Positions 1 through 8,525 of a stretch of DNA of 64,000 nt are shown here, one piece after another (the first letter of the stretch is position 1; the number at the start of each line of letters is the position of its first letter). The position numbers were made by a program, and so were the translations under genes. Location: assembly GCA_020025655.1 (NCBI GenBank), contig JAHHRR010000001.1, positions 4,951 to 68,950 on the forward strand, written 5' to 3'. This DNA comes from Oscillospiraceae bacterium (GTDB lineage Bacteria > Bacillota > Clostridia > Oscillospirales > Oscillospiraceae). The notes beneath the pieces were generated by a model, which ran no database searches, was not told the DNA's origin, and saw only the letters and a list, made by a program, of their open reading frames with translations.

Positions 1-365
1 GTCCATGCCCAGCCGGGATGTATAGGCCGTACAGCAGACAGCAGAATTGGTGTATATGTTCCGGCAATAAGAAAATAAATGCTGCAGTGGTCGATAACAC
101 GCATAATCTTTTTGCCGTAGCAGGGGAGCATACCATGATATACACTTGATATGGTAAAAAGCGTAATCATAAATGCACCGTAAATTGAGCTGCTGACAAT
201 GCCCCAGACGTTATTATGTCTGGCGGAGACGATAATTGCAGAAACAAGAATGAACACACCCATAACTGCGCCCAATACATGAGTGAGCATATTGGAGATT
301 TCTTCGCCGCGGGTATAATTGGGGAGACTGCGCTCCCTGACCGGTGTACGAGACACTTGAATCAC
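1..365 (-). CDS. Hemolysin III family channel protein (PAQR/HlyIII), N-terminal part only; the gene runs off the left edge of the window
   Basis: My reverse-strand translation reads ...SRTPVRERSLPNYTRGEEISNMLTHVLGAVMGVFILVSAII...SSVYHGMLP...CSIYFLIAGTYTPILLSAVRP..., with no stops down to position 1. YTRGEE-x-N-x-TH and AGTYTP are typical HlyIII motifs. It is absent from the ORF track because it is truncated. The start is GTG at 365 or 356 (uncertain). Confidence 0.7.
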   Translation of the reverse strand, partial: MIQVSRTPVRERSLPNYTRGEEISNMLTHVLGAVMGVFILVSAIIVSARHNNVWGIVSSSIYGAFMITLFTISSVYHGMLPCYGKKIMRVIDHCSIYFLIAGTYTPILLSAVRPIHPGWAW

Positions 366-498
366 CTGACCTTTCGATGACTCCAGTCTATAACCGAACA
401 GGGGTAGATTCAAGCTACTCAGGCTTTCGACTCATCTACACGCCGTAGAGAGAGGGTAACTTCCCGCTAGAGAATAGTTCTACTCATAGAAAATATAG
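366..498 (-). promoter_or_regulatory. Leader/operator region upstream of hlyIII, sharing blocks with the degV-1 leader
   Basis: The 13-mer lies at 477-489. On the minus strand, GAGTCGAAA is at 433-425 and AGTAGCTTG at 419-411. TCTAC/GTAGA/ATCTAC segments allow alternative pairing. Confidence 0.4.
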
Positions 499-541
499 AA
501 AAAGTCCGGTATTCCGTAAGCTTCGGAGTACCGGACTTTTT
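499..541. terminator. Bidirectional Rho-independent terminator downstream of the lgt-like gene
   Basis: Hairpin AAAAGTCCGGTATTCCG / CGGAGTACCGGACTTTT, flanked by an A-run (499-503) and a T-run (537-541). Confidence 0.8.
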
Positions 542-542
542 A

Positions 543-1535
543 TCAGCGTTCTTTACTGCATACGCTGAGATATGAGAAATAATCCGCTGCGGCCATTAAA
601 GCACAGCCGATAGACATTACTGTATAGCACTTTAAGTACCATGAACCGTGGCGCTGAACCAGATATTCAAAATAACCGGTAAGACCCACGCCTACCAGAA
701 ATACTACCCAGAGTATTGGATGGTAGAATTTAAAGCCGTTGGCTTTGACGGAGTTAATGCTGAAATAAATAAGTATTCCAAGAAGAGTCAAAGCACCGAT
801 TATCTGCACAAGGCTTACAAAGCCGTTGAGACGCAAAAAGCTTGAGTCGTAACGTGTACTGTCCAGAACCACCTCGGTGGCACTGAAGAAGATCATAAAG
901 ACAAAGCAGGTCTGGCCGTTCTGAAGACCACGCTTCATAGGAATATCGTGGCGTCTGCAATAGAAGAAAACCAGAACCACCGCCAGAATCATCATCAGGA
1001 TAAACTGAATAAAGAAGGTGGCGAAGCGGTATTCTATAAGACCGGTGGAAGTTGGCACGGCAACGCCCAGAGGAAGGTGCTGGAATTTGGGGTTTGTGAT
1101 GATGATAGTGCTGCGGGTGGAGGCATTGAAAAATGCGCTCAGACGTATGAGAGCAATGCTTAAAGCTGCACCCGGCGCAATCGCATCAAAGAGAGCTGCG
1201 GAAGAATCGCAGAGATGCAGGGCCTTAACGATAAGACCTGCAATCAGAATTCCGAGGAACATTCCCGGCAGGCAGTAGCCGCCGTTTGAGTAATCGGTAA
1301 TGGCGGAAAAGAAACCTGCATACTGCTCAGCATGGCAGTACCAGTGAATGAAGCGGCAGAACAGCACGGACAGAAAAACTGCGATAGGGAAGAATACCCA
1401 CATGGCAGCGGCTTTGCCGTTGTGTGCGGTATAGAGCGCATAGCTGAGGCAGAAGCCTGATGCAACGCCCAAAGCTATTATAATGGCACTCCAATAAATA
1501 ATTGTACTGCCGGAAAAAATTGCTATCTCACTCAT
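543..1535 (-). CDS. Divergent prolipoprotein diacylglyceryl transferase (Lgt) family membrane protein, a paralogue of the canonical lgt at 47079
   Basis: A 330-aa polytopic membrane ORF. Its segment order resembles Lgt (IIYWSAIIIALGV..., FPIAVFLSVLFCRFIHW, NGGYCLPGMFLGILIAG, DAIAPGAALSIALIRLSAFFN). The GRWGNFxNxE motif is degenerate here. Its start overlaps the upstream stop by 4 nt (ATGA). Confidence 0.55.
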   Translation of the reverse strand: MSEIAIFSGSTIIYWSAIIIALGVASGFCLSYALYTAHNGKAAAMWVFFPIAVFLSVLFCRFIHWYCHAEQYAGFFSAITDYSNGGYCLPGMFLGILIAGLIVKALHLCDSSAALFDAIAPGAALSIALIRLSAFFNASTRSTIIITNPKFQHLPLGVAVPTSTGLIEYRFATFFIQFILMMILAVVLVFFYCRRHDIPMKRGLQNGQTCFVFMIFFSATEVVLDSTRYDSSFLRLNGFVSLVQIIGALTLLGILIYFSINSVKANGFKFYHPILWVVFLVGVGLTGYFEYLVQRHGSWYLKCYTVMSIGCALMAAADYFSYLSVCSKER

Positions 1536-3364
1536 TTTGCTGCCTCCTCTTCGGGAATTGCTGTGGCAAAGTAGATTATATCACTCATAGTACGTTCGTT
1601 GCCGTAGTCAACATGGTTTACAAGCTCACCGTTCATCATCAGAACTGAGGTCTGACCGCCGTCAAGAGCATAGGCCTTCTGGCAGCCCTTACCGGCCATG
1701 AAGCCGCCGATTTCATTGAGAGTTGCGGCGGTAGTGTAGCCGACGTCATAGTTTACAGTCATCATCATGTAGTGGAGATTATCCAGAAGACCGATTGCGG
1801 AACGGGAATAGGTGGTGTTGACCTCACCTATGGGATATCCGGTTACAGGACGCAGCTCACCGTTGTCTATCAGGATAGGACCAAAGGACAGGCTGAATAT
1901 AATGTCATTGTCCTTTATGAACTGACGGGTGGATTCCTCATCAGTAAGCTCGTCGGCATAGGTGAAGAGAAAATCACCGTTTGCGGTTATATGGCAGGAA
2001 TCCAGCTTTCCGGGATTGAAGCGGAAAAGCTCACGCTGGAAAACGGTAATACCAATGGGGCGGAAATCATAGAAGTCGCCGTTAATTGCCACGACTGCAT
2101 TGCATTCCTTAGCCATGTCAGTGGCGTAATAACGCTTACCAACACTGTAAGTATCGCCGGCAACCTTGCGGCGAATCTGTGAGCCGTGGGCAATTTTAAC
2201 CTCAGCGCAGGAGCAGCACTTGCCGGAGATATCTTCCTTCCATGCAATAGCGAGGATGGTATCATCACGGTAGTATTTGATCTCAGAGCCGGGAATAAAG
2301 TTTGCATTGGGATCAAAGGCCACTTTCTGATCGCCGAGTAAAGCGGAGGCATCTTCAATGACCTTCAGAATAACCTGAGGATCGGTAGTTGAACCGAAGT
2401 TTGCGGGATTGGGCTTGGGCGCAACATTGACATCTTCTGCGATGGTGTAGATTTTAGGAATGTAGGCAAGCTCACCCAGAGCATCACTGGCGGCATTGTT
2501 TGCATAGTTGTTAAACTTTTCAACCATGTTTACCTTGGATTTTAAAGCGTTTCCCACGGCAGTGCCGGAGTCGGGATGGACGTTTACAAAGACCCATGAT
2601 AAGACAAAAATGCTTATTACGGAAAAGACGATTCCAAGGATACCGAGCAATCCACGGTTTTCAATGACAGAGCTGGCATAAGCCTTTGCCTGAGAAACTG
2701 CGGGAGCAGCTTTTGCGTGTGAAGAAGGTCTGGATGCAGGAGCGGGAGCAGCGTGTCTCTGACCCTGAGGATATCTGCCGGGCTGAGAAGGTCTTACATT
2801 AGTGCTGTCTGCACCGGCATTAGGCATTGCTGCATGACGGGGATTGCGCTGTACATCATTTCTTCTTGGAAACTCAGCACGCACAGTAGCATCAGCAGAA
2901 GCTGCATTTGCACTGCGCTGATTGGGGTTCTGAGCGTTCCTGCGAACAGGACGACGGGGCGGCTGTGCAGGAGTGCGTGGATTTGAAGCATTCACGGGAC
3001 GGGCTGCGGGTGCATCTGAAAAATCAAACACCGGAGATTCAAAAGCAGGTGCGTTGTCCTGAGAAAAATCAAAGGAAGCAGGTGCGGAATTTCTGCCGGA
3101 AGGTACTGTATCAAATGAAAATTCAGGCACTGACTTATCGGCCTTGTACTGCTGTGAATTCAGGAAAGAGTCAAAAGAAATGTCGTCCTGAGAATAGCCG
3201 GATGCAGTAAAATCAGAAGAACTGTTCCGACGTGAATCGGCGGCCGGTTTAGCCGGAGTTTCAGGTTTCTGAGAAGGCTGTTCGCCGTTTATTATGTTGT
3301 TGCTGTATGATGAAAAATCAGCAAGTATATCATCTAAATTGAAAAAATCGTTTTTATCGCTCAT
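1532..3364 (-). CDS. Phosphodiester glycosidase family protein (DUF2233/NAGPA-like) with a disordered N-terminal region and one TM helix
   Basis: 610 aa. The N-terminal ~230 aa is low-complexity and rich in Pro/Ser/Ala/Asn, followed by a TM segment (LGILGIVFSVISIFVLSWVFV). The C-terminal domain carries AINGDFY, RSAIGL and ALDGGQTS motifs typical of DUF2233. Confidence 0.7.
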   Translation of the reverse strand: MSDKNDFFNLDDILADFSSYSNNIINGEQPSQKPETPAKPAADSRRNSSSDFTASGYSQDDISFDSFLNSQQYKADKSVPEFSFDTVPSGRNSAPASFDFSQDNAPAFESPVFDFSDAPAARPVNASNPRTPAQPPRRPVRRNAQNPNQRSANAASADATVRAEFPRRNDVQRNPRHAAMPNAGADSTNVRPSQPGRYPQGQRHAAPAPASRPSSHAKAAPAVSQAKAYASSVIENRGLLGILGIVFSVISIFVLSWVFVNVHPDSGTAVGNALKSKVNMVEKFNNYANNAASDALGELAYIPKIYTIAEDVNVAPKPNPANFGSTTDPQVILKVIEDASALLGDQKVAFDPNANFIPGSEIKYYRDDTILAIAWKEDISGKCCSCAEVKIAHGSQIRRKVAGDTYSVGKRYYATDMAKECNAVVAINGDFYDFRPIGITVFQRELFRFNPGKLDSCHITANGDFLFTYADELTDEESTRQFIKDNDIIFSLSFGPILIDNGELRPVTGYPIGEVNTTYSRSAIGLLDNLHYMMMTVNYDVGYTTAATLNEIGGFMAGKGCQKAYALDGGQTSVLMMNGELVNHVDYGNERTMSDIIYFATAIPEEEAAK

Positions 3365-3380
3365 TATTCAGCCTCGCTCC

Positions 3381-5120
3381 TTACTTTGATGTATTTCCGC
3401 TCAGTGCCATCAGCAGACTTTCGGCGGGAATAACAAACCAGCCGTCACCGTTATATTCGAGCTGGAGCTGAATGCCGGTACTGGTGTAATATTTTTCTGC
3501 ATTTGCCAAAACAGACTGAACAGCTTTGGTATAGGCTTCCTTGGTTACCTCAGGGAGATAATTGTTGTGAGAATCATATACAGAACTCTTACTGCGGGTG
3601 TTTACTATCTTTTCAAGCTCATTCATAGTCTGAATCTGAATATCATCCTCGGTGGCAGGCAGGTCAAGGTAATTGAACTGTATCTGCTGACGGGCCTCCA
3701 GAAGATCAACTATGCAGTCACCGGTGAGAGAGTAGGAGTAGCTCTTTTTAAGAGCATCATACATTATCTTACCGGCCTCATCGGAGGGTTCATTTTCAAG
3801 ACCCAGACCGGAATAACCCTTTAGAAGTGAATAGGCGTGCTCATAGTTTCCGGTTGTAATGCTGTCCATAAAATCAACAGCGCACTGCTGCGGATCTCCG
3901 TCGGGCTTTGCTATCAGCGTACCTGCATTAACGCCGACTATGCAGAGAATAACAGCGGCTGCGCACAAAACTATGGAAGCAACAGCCCATGCGGTTTTCA
4001 TATATTTCTTCCTGCTTATGCGAAGTACGGCTGCCAGAGCTGCAATAAGTGCAATGACAACAAATATTCCGCTTACAACAGAGCCAATGCCGTGACTCTC
4101 TTTTACTTCACTTTCGGGTACTTCAACTGAAGTCTGCGGGATATCAGTCTTTTCGCCGGCGGTGTTATTTTCCATCATCTGAGCAGCCTCCTGAGCTTTC
4201 TTCTGTTCGGCTTCGGCCTGAGCTTTTGCCTCGGCTTCGGCTTTTGCGGCTTCTATCTTTTCGTTTTCAAGCCGCTTTGCTGTGTTATACTGCGTATAAT
4301 CACACATCATAACGGCATAATCGGCCATAACGTCATATGCCTTGTTTACTCCGTCAGTGAACATTACCATAACTATGGGATCATCGGTGAATGCAAAACC
4401 GCAGTCACACATATAAAGACGCTGTCCGTCAAGAAGAAATCCGTATTTGTGGCCGATATCAAAACGCTTTTCCTTGAGCTTGAAATAGTTCTTAGGTTCG
4501 GCCTGCTGCATGGTTTCCATGAGCTTCGGGAAACGGTCAGGTTCAGCAAACAGAGTTTTAATGCACTCTGTCATCTGACGGGCGGTAATGAAGTTGTTTT
4601 CGTAAAACTTAGGATCGACAGTTGCGGGATCTTCGCCCATATAAGGGCAGATTAACTCTCTGTACCGATGATAAACGCTGTTGCTGTTATCGAGCCATGT
4701 ACCGGCTTCTTTCCAGAGAACCTTGGCGTATTCGTTGTCAGAGTGAATTATTGAACCTTTTAAAAGCTCAGAGTATTTATAAGGACCGACATTATCGTCC
4801 CAATCCATTTCGCCCTTGGAGATTTTCTCGGTAAAGAGCATATTGAGGGGGACTTTGAACATACTTCCGGCGACCATATATTTGTCGGGATTATGGAAAT
4901 GCTCCTCTCCGGTTACGGTGTTGTAGTAGCCCAGAGAAATCCTGTCAGGGTCTACATCGTATTTCTCAAACAAGGCAACTGCTACATCGTCCCATGTTTT
5001 GCCGGCATAGAATTCATCTCCGTAGGATGCGTCGTCATTGTCCGCCGCAGCCATCGGAACCATACCTGCAAGCAGACAAATTATGAAAAGTCCTGCTGCT
5101 ATTTTCTTAAATAATTTCAT
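3381..5120 (-). CDS. Secreted, membrane-anchored serine hydrolase with a class A beta-lactamase/PBP-like fold and an extra C-terminal domain
   Basis: 579 aa with a signal peptide. Motifs are SxxK (SMFK), SDN (HSDNEY) and a KTG-like HKYG. An Ala/Glu/Lys coiled-coil linker and two TM helices follow, then a ~170-aa C-terminal domain. Confidence 0.6.
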   Translation of the reverse strand: MKLFKKIAAGLFIICLLAGMVPMAAADNDDASYGDEFYAGKTWDDVAVALFEKYDVDPDRISLGYYNTVTGEEHFHNPDKYMVAGSMFKVPLNMLFTEKISKGEMDWDDNVGPYKYSELLKGSIIHSDNEYAKVLWKEAGTWLDNSNSVYHRYRELICPYMGEDPATVDPKFYENNFITARQMTECIKTLFAEPDRFPKLMETMQQAEPKNYFKLKEKRFDIGHKYGFLLDGQRLYMCDCGFAFTDDPIVMVMFTDGVNKAYDVMADYAVMMCDYTQYNTAKRLENEKIEAAKAEAEAKAQAEAEQKKAQEAAQMMENNTAGEKTDIPQTSVEVPESEVKESHGIGSVVSGIFVVIALIAALAAVLRISRKKYMKTAWAVASIVLCAAAVILCIVGVNAGTLIAKPDGDPQQCAVDFMDSITTGNYEHAYSLLKGYSGLGLENEPSDEAGKIMYDALKKSYSYSLTGDCIVDLLEARQQIQFNYLDLPATEDDIQIQTMNELEKIVNTRSKSSVYDSHNNYLPEVTKEAYTKAVQSVLANAEKYYTSTGIQLQLEYNGDGWFVIPAESLLMALSGNTSK

Positions 5121-5281
5121 TCAGATTATCTCCCCGTGATTTATGGGCATAATACCAGATTTTAATTTTATCAATATCATTTTACCATTATAATGTATAA
5201 TTTCAATAGTGAGCTTTAACAAAAATAGTAAAAAGTTCTTAAAATTACTTAAGAAAGCAGATATGAACAGAAAACTTTAGC

Positions 5282-6391
5282 TTATATGTACTTTTTAAAG
5301 CCGTATTGACTGCTTGAAAACAGCAAAAACGGCTTATTCCTGTTTGAAGGTCGTTTTATATAAAGACCCGACAGACCGAAGCTCTCAACTAAACTCAGCT
5401 TTTCACGAAGAGAGAGAATATCTTCAAAGTAAATTATGTGTTTCCGTCCCAGTGAATCGGTATATTTGAAAGATGAAGCAGAGCTGTTTTCGTCATATTC
5501 CACATGAGCAGATACAGCTATTGCCAGATCTTTTGCGCAGGCATTGCTTAATATTCCGGCTCTTGTACCGGCGGCCCACGGAAGCTTCCAGTCAAGCGCA
5601 TAGTCTGATACTGCAGGCATAAGCTTTTCGGGACAAATACAGGTGCAAAGTGCGGATATCCGTTTTTTCAGCTCCTTTATATCGCATACAGGACCGGGAG
5701 GGCTTAAAATATGGGCAAAATCATAGGCGGGTATCAGGACTCTGTGACAGCAGCGGTTTATAACGGTACACAGTTCGGCACAGCTTTCGCTTTCAAACAG
5801 AGCGATTATAAAGTAAAATCCCTCTTTTTTCAGCGCTGCGGATAATTCCTCGATAAAGAGCAGATATTCATCAATATCAGAGGGAAAAAGGCAGCAGATT
5901 TCAAGATAAATTCCGAGGCAGGAGCAGTCATATATGCACGAAACGGCTTTTTTTATAACGGCTGATCTTTTGTCCTCACTGTTTAAAAGCAGGTGCATGG
6001 AGGCACCGGAATATGCTCCGGACGAGGTCAGATTGGAGATGCCTAAAAGCGGGATAACCCCGTGCTGCCTAAGGGCGGAGACTTTGGCGGAAGGATTCGG
6101 CGATGAAAGCTCACCGCTTTCGGATATGTTCAGATGAATCGGGCAGCAGTAGCTCAGGGCAGGCATGAGCGGGGATAGAACATCAGCAGGAAAAGACTCC
6201 GGAAAATCGGCTCCAAGTTCAATGTTACCGCAGAATGAGGGCTTTTCGTCAGCTATCAGCAGTGAAAGACCGGGGCTCAGACGTCTGGGGTCGGAAAGAG
6301 CGTTATTAGACAGAAAATCGGCTTTGCTGAGCTTGAACGCAGCTGTAACGGTTGAAATACTGTCATTTGGACGAGAGGTATAGATTTTCAT
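5282..6391 (-). CDS. LysM-like N-terminus plus a GH18 (chitinase-like/YaaH-like) fold protein; Cys-rich and apparently non-catalytic
   Basis: 369 aa. The N-terminus is LysM-like (YTSRPNDSISTVTAAFKLSKADFLSNNALSDPRRLSPGLSLLIA). Where GH18 has DGxDxDxE, this protein reads LGIYLEICC. The call is tentative. Confidence 0.4.
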   Translation of the reverse strand: MKIYTSRPNDSISTVTAAFKLSKADFLSNNALSDPRRLSPGLSLLIADEKPSFCGNIELGADFPESFPADVLSPLMPALSYCCPIHLNISESGELSSPNPSAKVSALRQHGVIPLLGISNLTSSGAYSGASMHLLLNSEDKRSAVIKKAVSCIYDCSCLGIYLEICCLFPSDIDEYLLFIEELSAALKKEGFYFIIALFESESCAELCTVINRCCHRVLIPAYDFAHILSPPGPVCDIKELKKRISALCTCICPEKLMPAVSDYALDWKLPWAAGTRAGILSNACAKDLAIAVSAHVEYDENSSASSFKYTDSLGRKHIIYFEDILSLREKLSLVESFGLSGLYIKRPSNRNKPFLLFSSSQYGFKKYI

Positions 6392-6518
6392 ATTATTCTC
6401 CTTGAAATATACTTCATTTTATTTATATTCCACGGAGTATCAATACTTGCGGCAAAAATGAGTATATGCTATAATCAACAAGTTAGATGTATTTACCAAA
6501 GAACGGAGGATAATTTTT

Positions 6519-8315
6519 ATGGAAAATACTATGCTCAAGCGCAGCGAGGTTCCGGTAGAAAACACCTGGGATCTGAGCGATATATTGGAAAGCGATGAAG
6601 TCTGGGAGCAGGAAAACATAGCTCTTAAGGCTATGCCCGAAAAAATTTCTGCTTTCCAGGGAAAACTGGGTGAGAGCGCAGAAATGCTCCTCAATTTCTT
6701 TAAGCTCAGCGATGATATAGATGTGCGTGCATCTATGCTTTACAGCTACTCCAGCTGCAAAGCCGATCAGGATGCAGGCAACAGTGTTTATCAGGCAATG
6801 CGTGGTAAGGCAATGGGTACTCTGGTTGAGATTTCCAGTGCATCCGCTTTCGCAACTCCTGAAATTATGGCAATCAGTGACGAAAAGCTCAACAGCTTCT
6901 ATGCAGAGGAACCTGCACTCAAGGAGTATGAAAGAGCTATCTATCAGATCCGCCGCAGAGCAGAGCATATTCTTTCTCCTGCCGAGGAAAAGCTGCTGGC
7001 TTCTGTTGGTGAGGTTTCAAACTCTCCCAGCAATATCTACGGTATTTTTGCTAATGCCGATCTTAAATTCCCTGAGGTTGCAGACGGCAAGGGCGAGAAA
7101 CATCCTTTGAGCAATGTATCCTTTGTCCCCCTGCTGGAGAGTGATGACAGAGTTCTGAGAGAAAATGCTTTCAACGGCTATTACGATGTTTTGAATCAGT
7201 TCAAAAATACCGCTGCCGCTCTGCTTGACGGTCAGTTCAAGCAGCTGAATTTCTTTGCCAAGGCAAGAAAATACCCCAGCACTCTTGCTGCTTCTCTTGA
7301 TGAAACCGAGGTTCCCACTGAGGTTTATCACAACCTTATAAATGCTGTCCACGGCAATCTGGATAAGATGTACAAGTATGTTGCTCTGCGCAAGAAAATG
7401 CTGGGCGTAGATGAGCTTCATATGTATGATGTATATACCCCCATTGTTGCAGATGCAGCAGCTAAAATTGACTTCAACGAAGCTAAGGAGACTGTGCTTG
7501 AGGCACTGTCTGTTCTGGGCGAGGACTACACAGACCTTCTGAAAGAGGGCTTCAATAACCGCTGGATTGATGTTTACCCCAACGAGGGCAAGCGTGGCGG
7601 CGCATATTCCTCCGGAAATTCCAGACCTCATCCCTATGTCCTGCTTAACCAGAAGGATACTCTTGACAGTATGTTCACTCTGGCACATGAAATGGGACAC
7701 GCTCTGCACAGCTACCACAGCTGCAAGTATCAGCCTGTTTCCACCAGCGGCTATGTAATCTTTGTTGCAGAGGTTGCATCTACCTGCAATGAGGTTCTGC
7801 TTATGCGTCATCTGCTGTCAAAAACAACCGATAAGAAGCAGAGAGCATATCTCATAAATCACTTCCTCGATCAGTTCAAGGGCACTGTTTACCGTCAGAC
7901 TATGTTTGCCGAGTTTGAGCTTGAAATGGGCAAGATGGCAGAAAACGGAGAGACCCTTACCGCAGAGGCACTTTGCAATAAATACCTTGAGCTTAACAAG
8001 CTTTACTTCGGACCTGACATGGTATCCGATGAGGGCATCGGTCTTGAATGGGCCAGAATTCCTCATTTCTACTACAACTATTATGTGTTCCAGTATGCTA
8101 CCGGCTTCTCCGCAGCAGTGGCTATTGCAAACAGAATTCTTACCCTTGGCGAGAGCGCAGTAAAGGATTACAAGCGCTTCCTGTCCGGCGGAAGCAGCAC
8201 CGATCCTATCTCTCTGCTTAAGCTTGCAGGTGTTGATATGAGTACTCCCGAACCTGTAAACTCCGCTCTGGAGCTCTTCGGCGAGCTTATAGACGAGCTG
8301 GAAGCACTGAATTAA
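6519..8315 (+). CDS. pepF: Oligoendopeptidase F (M3B family metallopeptidase)
   Basis: 598 aa with the HEMGHALH zinc motif and typical PepF length. A GGAGG ribosome-binding site lies 8 nt upstream of the ATG. Confidence 0.92.
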   Translation: MENTMLKRSEVPVENTWDLSDILESDEVWEQENIALKAMPEKISAFQGKLGESAEMLLNFFKLSDDIDVRASMLYSYSSCKADQDAGNSVYQAMRGKAMGTLVEISSASAFATPEIMAISDEKLNSFYAEEPALKEYERAIYQIRRRAEHILSPAEEKLLASVGEVSNSPSNIYGIFANADLKFPEVADGKGEKHPLSNVSFVPLLESDDRVLRENAFNGYYDVLNQFKNTAAALLDGQFKQLNFFAKARKYPSTLAASLDETEVPTEVYHNLINAVHGNLDKMYKYVALRKKMLGVDELHMYDVYTPIVADAAAKIDFNEAKETVLEALSVLGEDYTDLLKEGFNNRWIDVYPNEGKRGGAYSSGNSRPHPYVLLNQKDTLDSMFTLAHEMGHALHSYHSCKYQPVSTSGYVIFVAEVASTCNEVLLMRHLLSKTTDKKQRAYLINHFLDQFKGTVYRQTMFAEFELEMGKMAENGETLTAEALCNKYLELNKLYFGPDMVSDEGIGLEWARIPHFYYNYYVFQYATGFSAAVAIANRILTLGESAVKDYKRFLSGGSSTDPISLLKLAGVDMSTPEPVNSALELFGELIDELEALN

Positions 8316-8340
8316 GATTTAACTAATTTACACCTATTCT

Positions 8341-8383
8341 ATACTCCACGGCGGGTTTTTCCCGCCGGTGGAGTATTTTATTT
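8341..8383 (+). terminator. Rho-independent terminator of pepF
   Basis: ATACTCCACGGCGGG-TTTTT-CCCGCCGGTGGAGTAT hairpin followed by TTTTATTT. Confidence 0.85.
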
Positions 8384-8387
8384 GCCT

Positions 8388-8478
8388 GTTCTACTCATAG
8401 TAGAGTCGAAAAAACAGCAATCTACTATGCCGGAGGCGGCGGTAGGGAGACAAACACGGGCAGTAGCTTGCCTTTTTT
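8388..8478 (+). promoter_or_regulatory. Structured leader/operator region upstream of degV-1, sharing sequence blocks with the hlyIII leader
   Basis: GTTCTACTCATAG (8388-8400) is identical to 477-489. GAGTCGAAA (8403-8411) and AGTAGCTTG (8462-8470) also occur, in the same gene-relative order, upstream of hlyIII. Segments TCTACT/AGTAGA/TCTACT/AGTAG can pair in alternative ways. A T-run sits at 8473-8478. Confidence 0.4.
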
Positions 8479-8525
8479 ACTGAACTATGTTACTAATAAT
8501 AATCAGTAATCAAGGGGGTTAAAAA

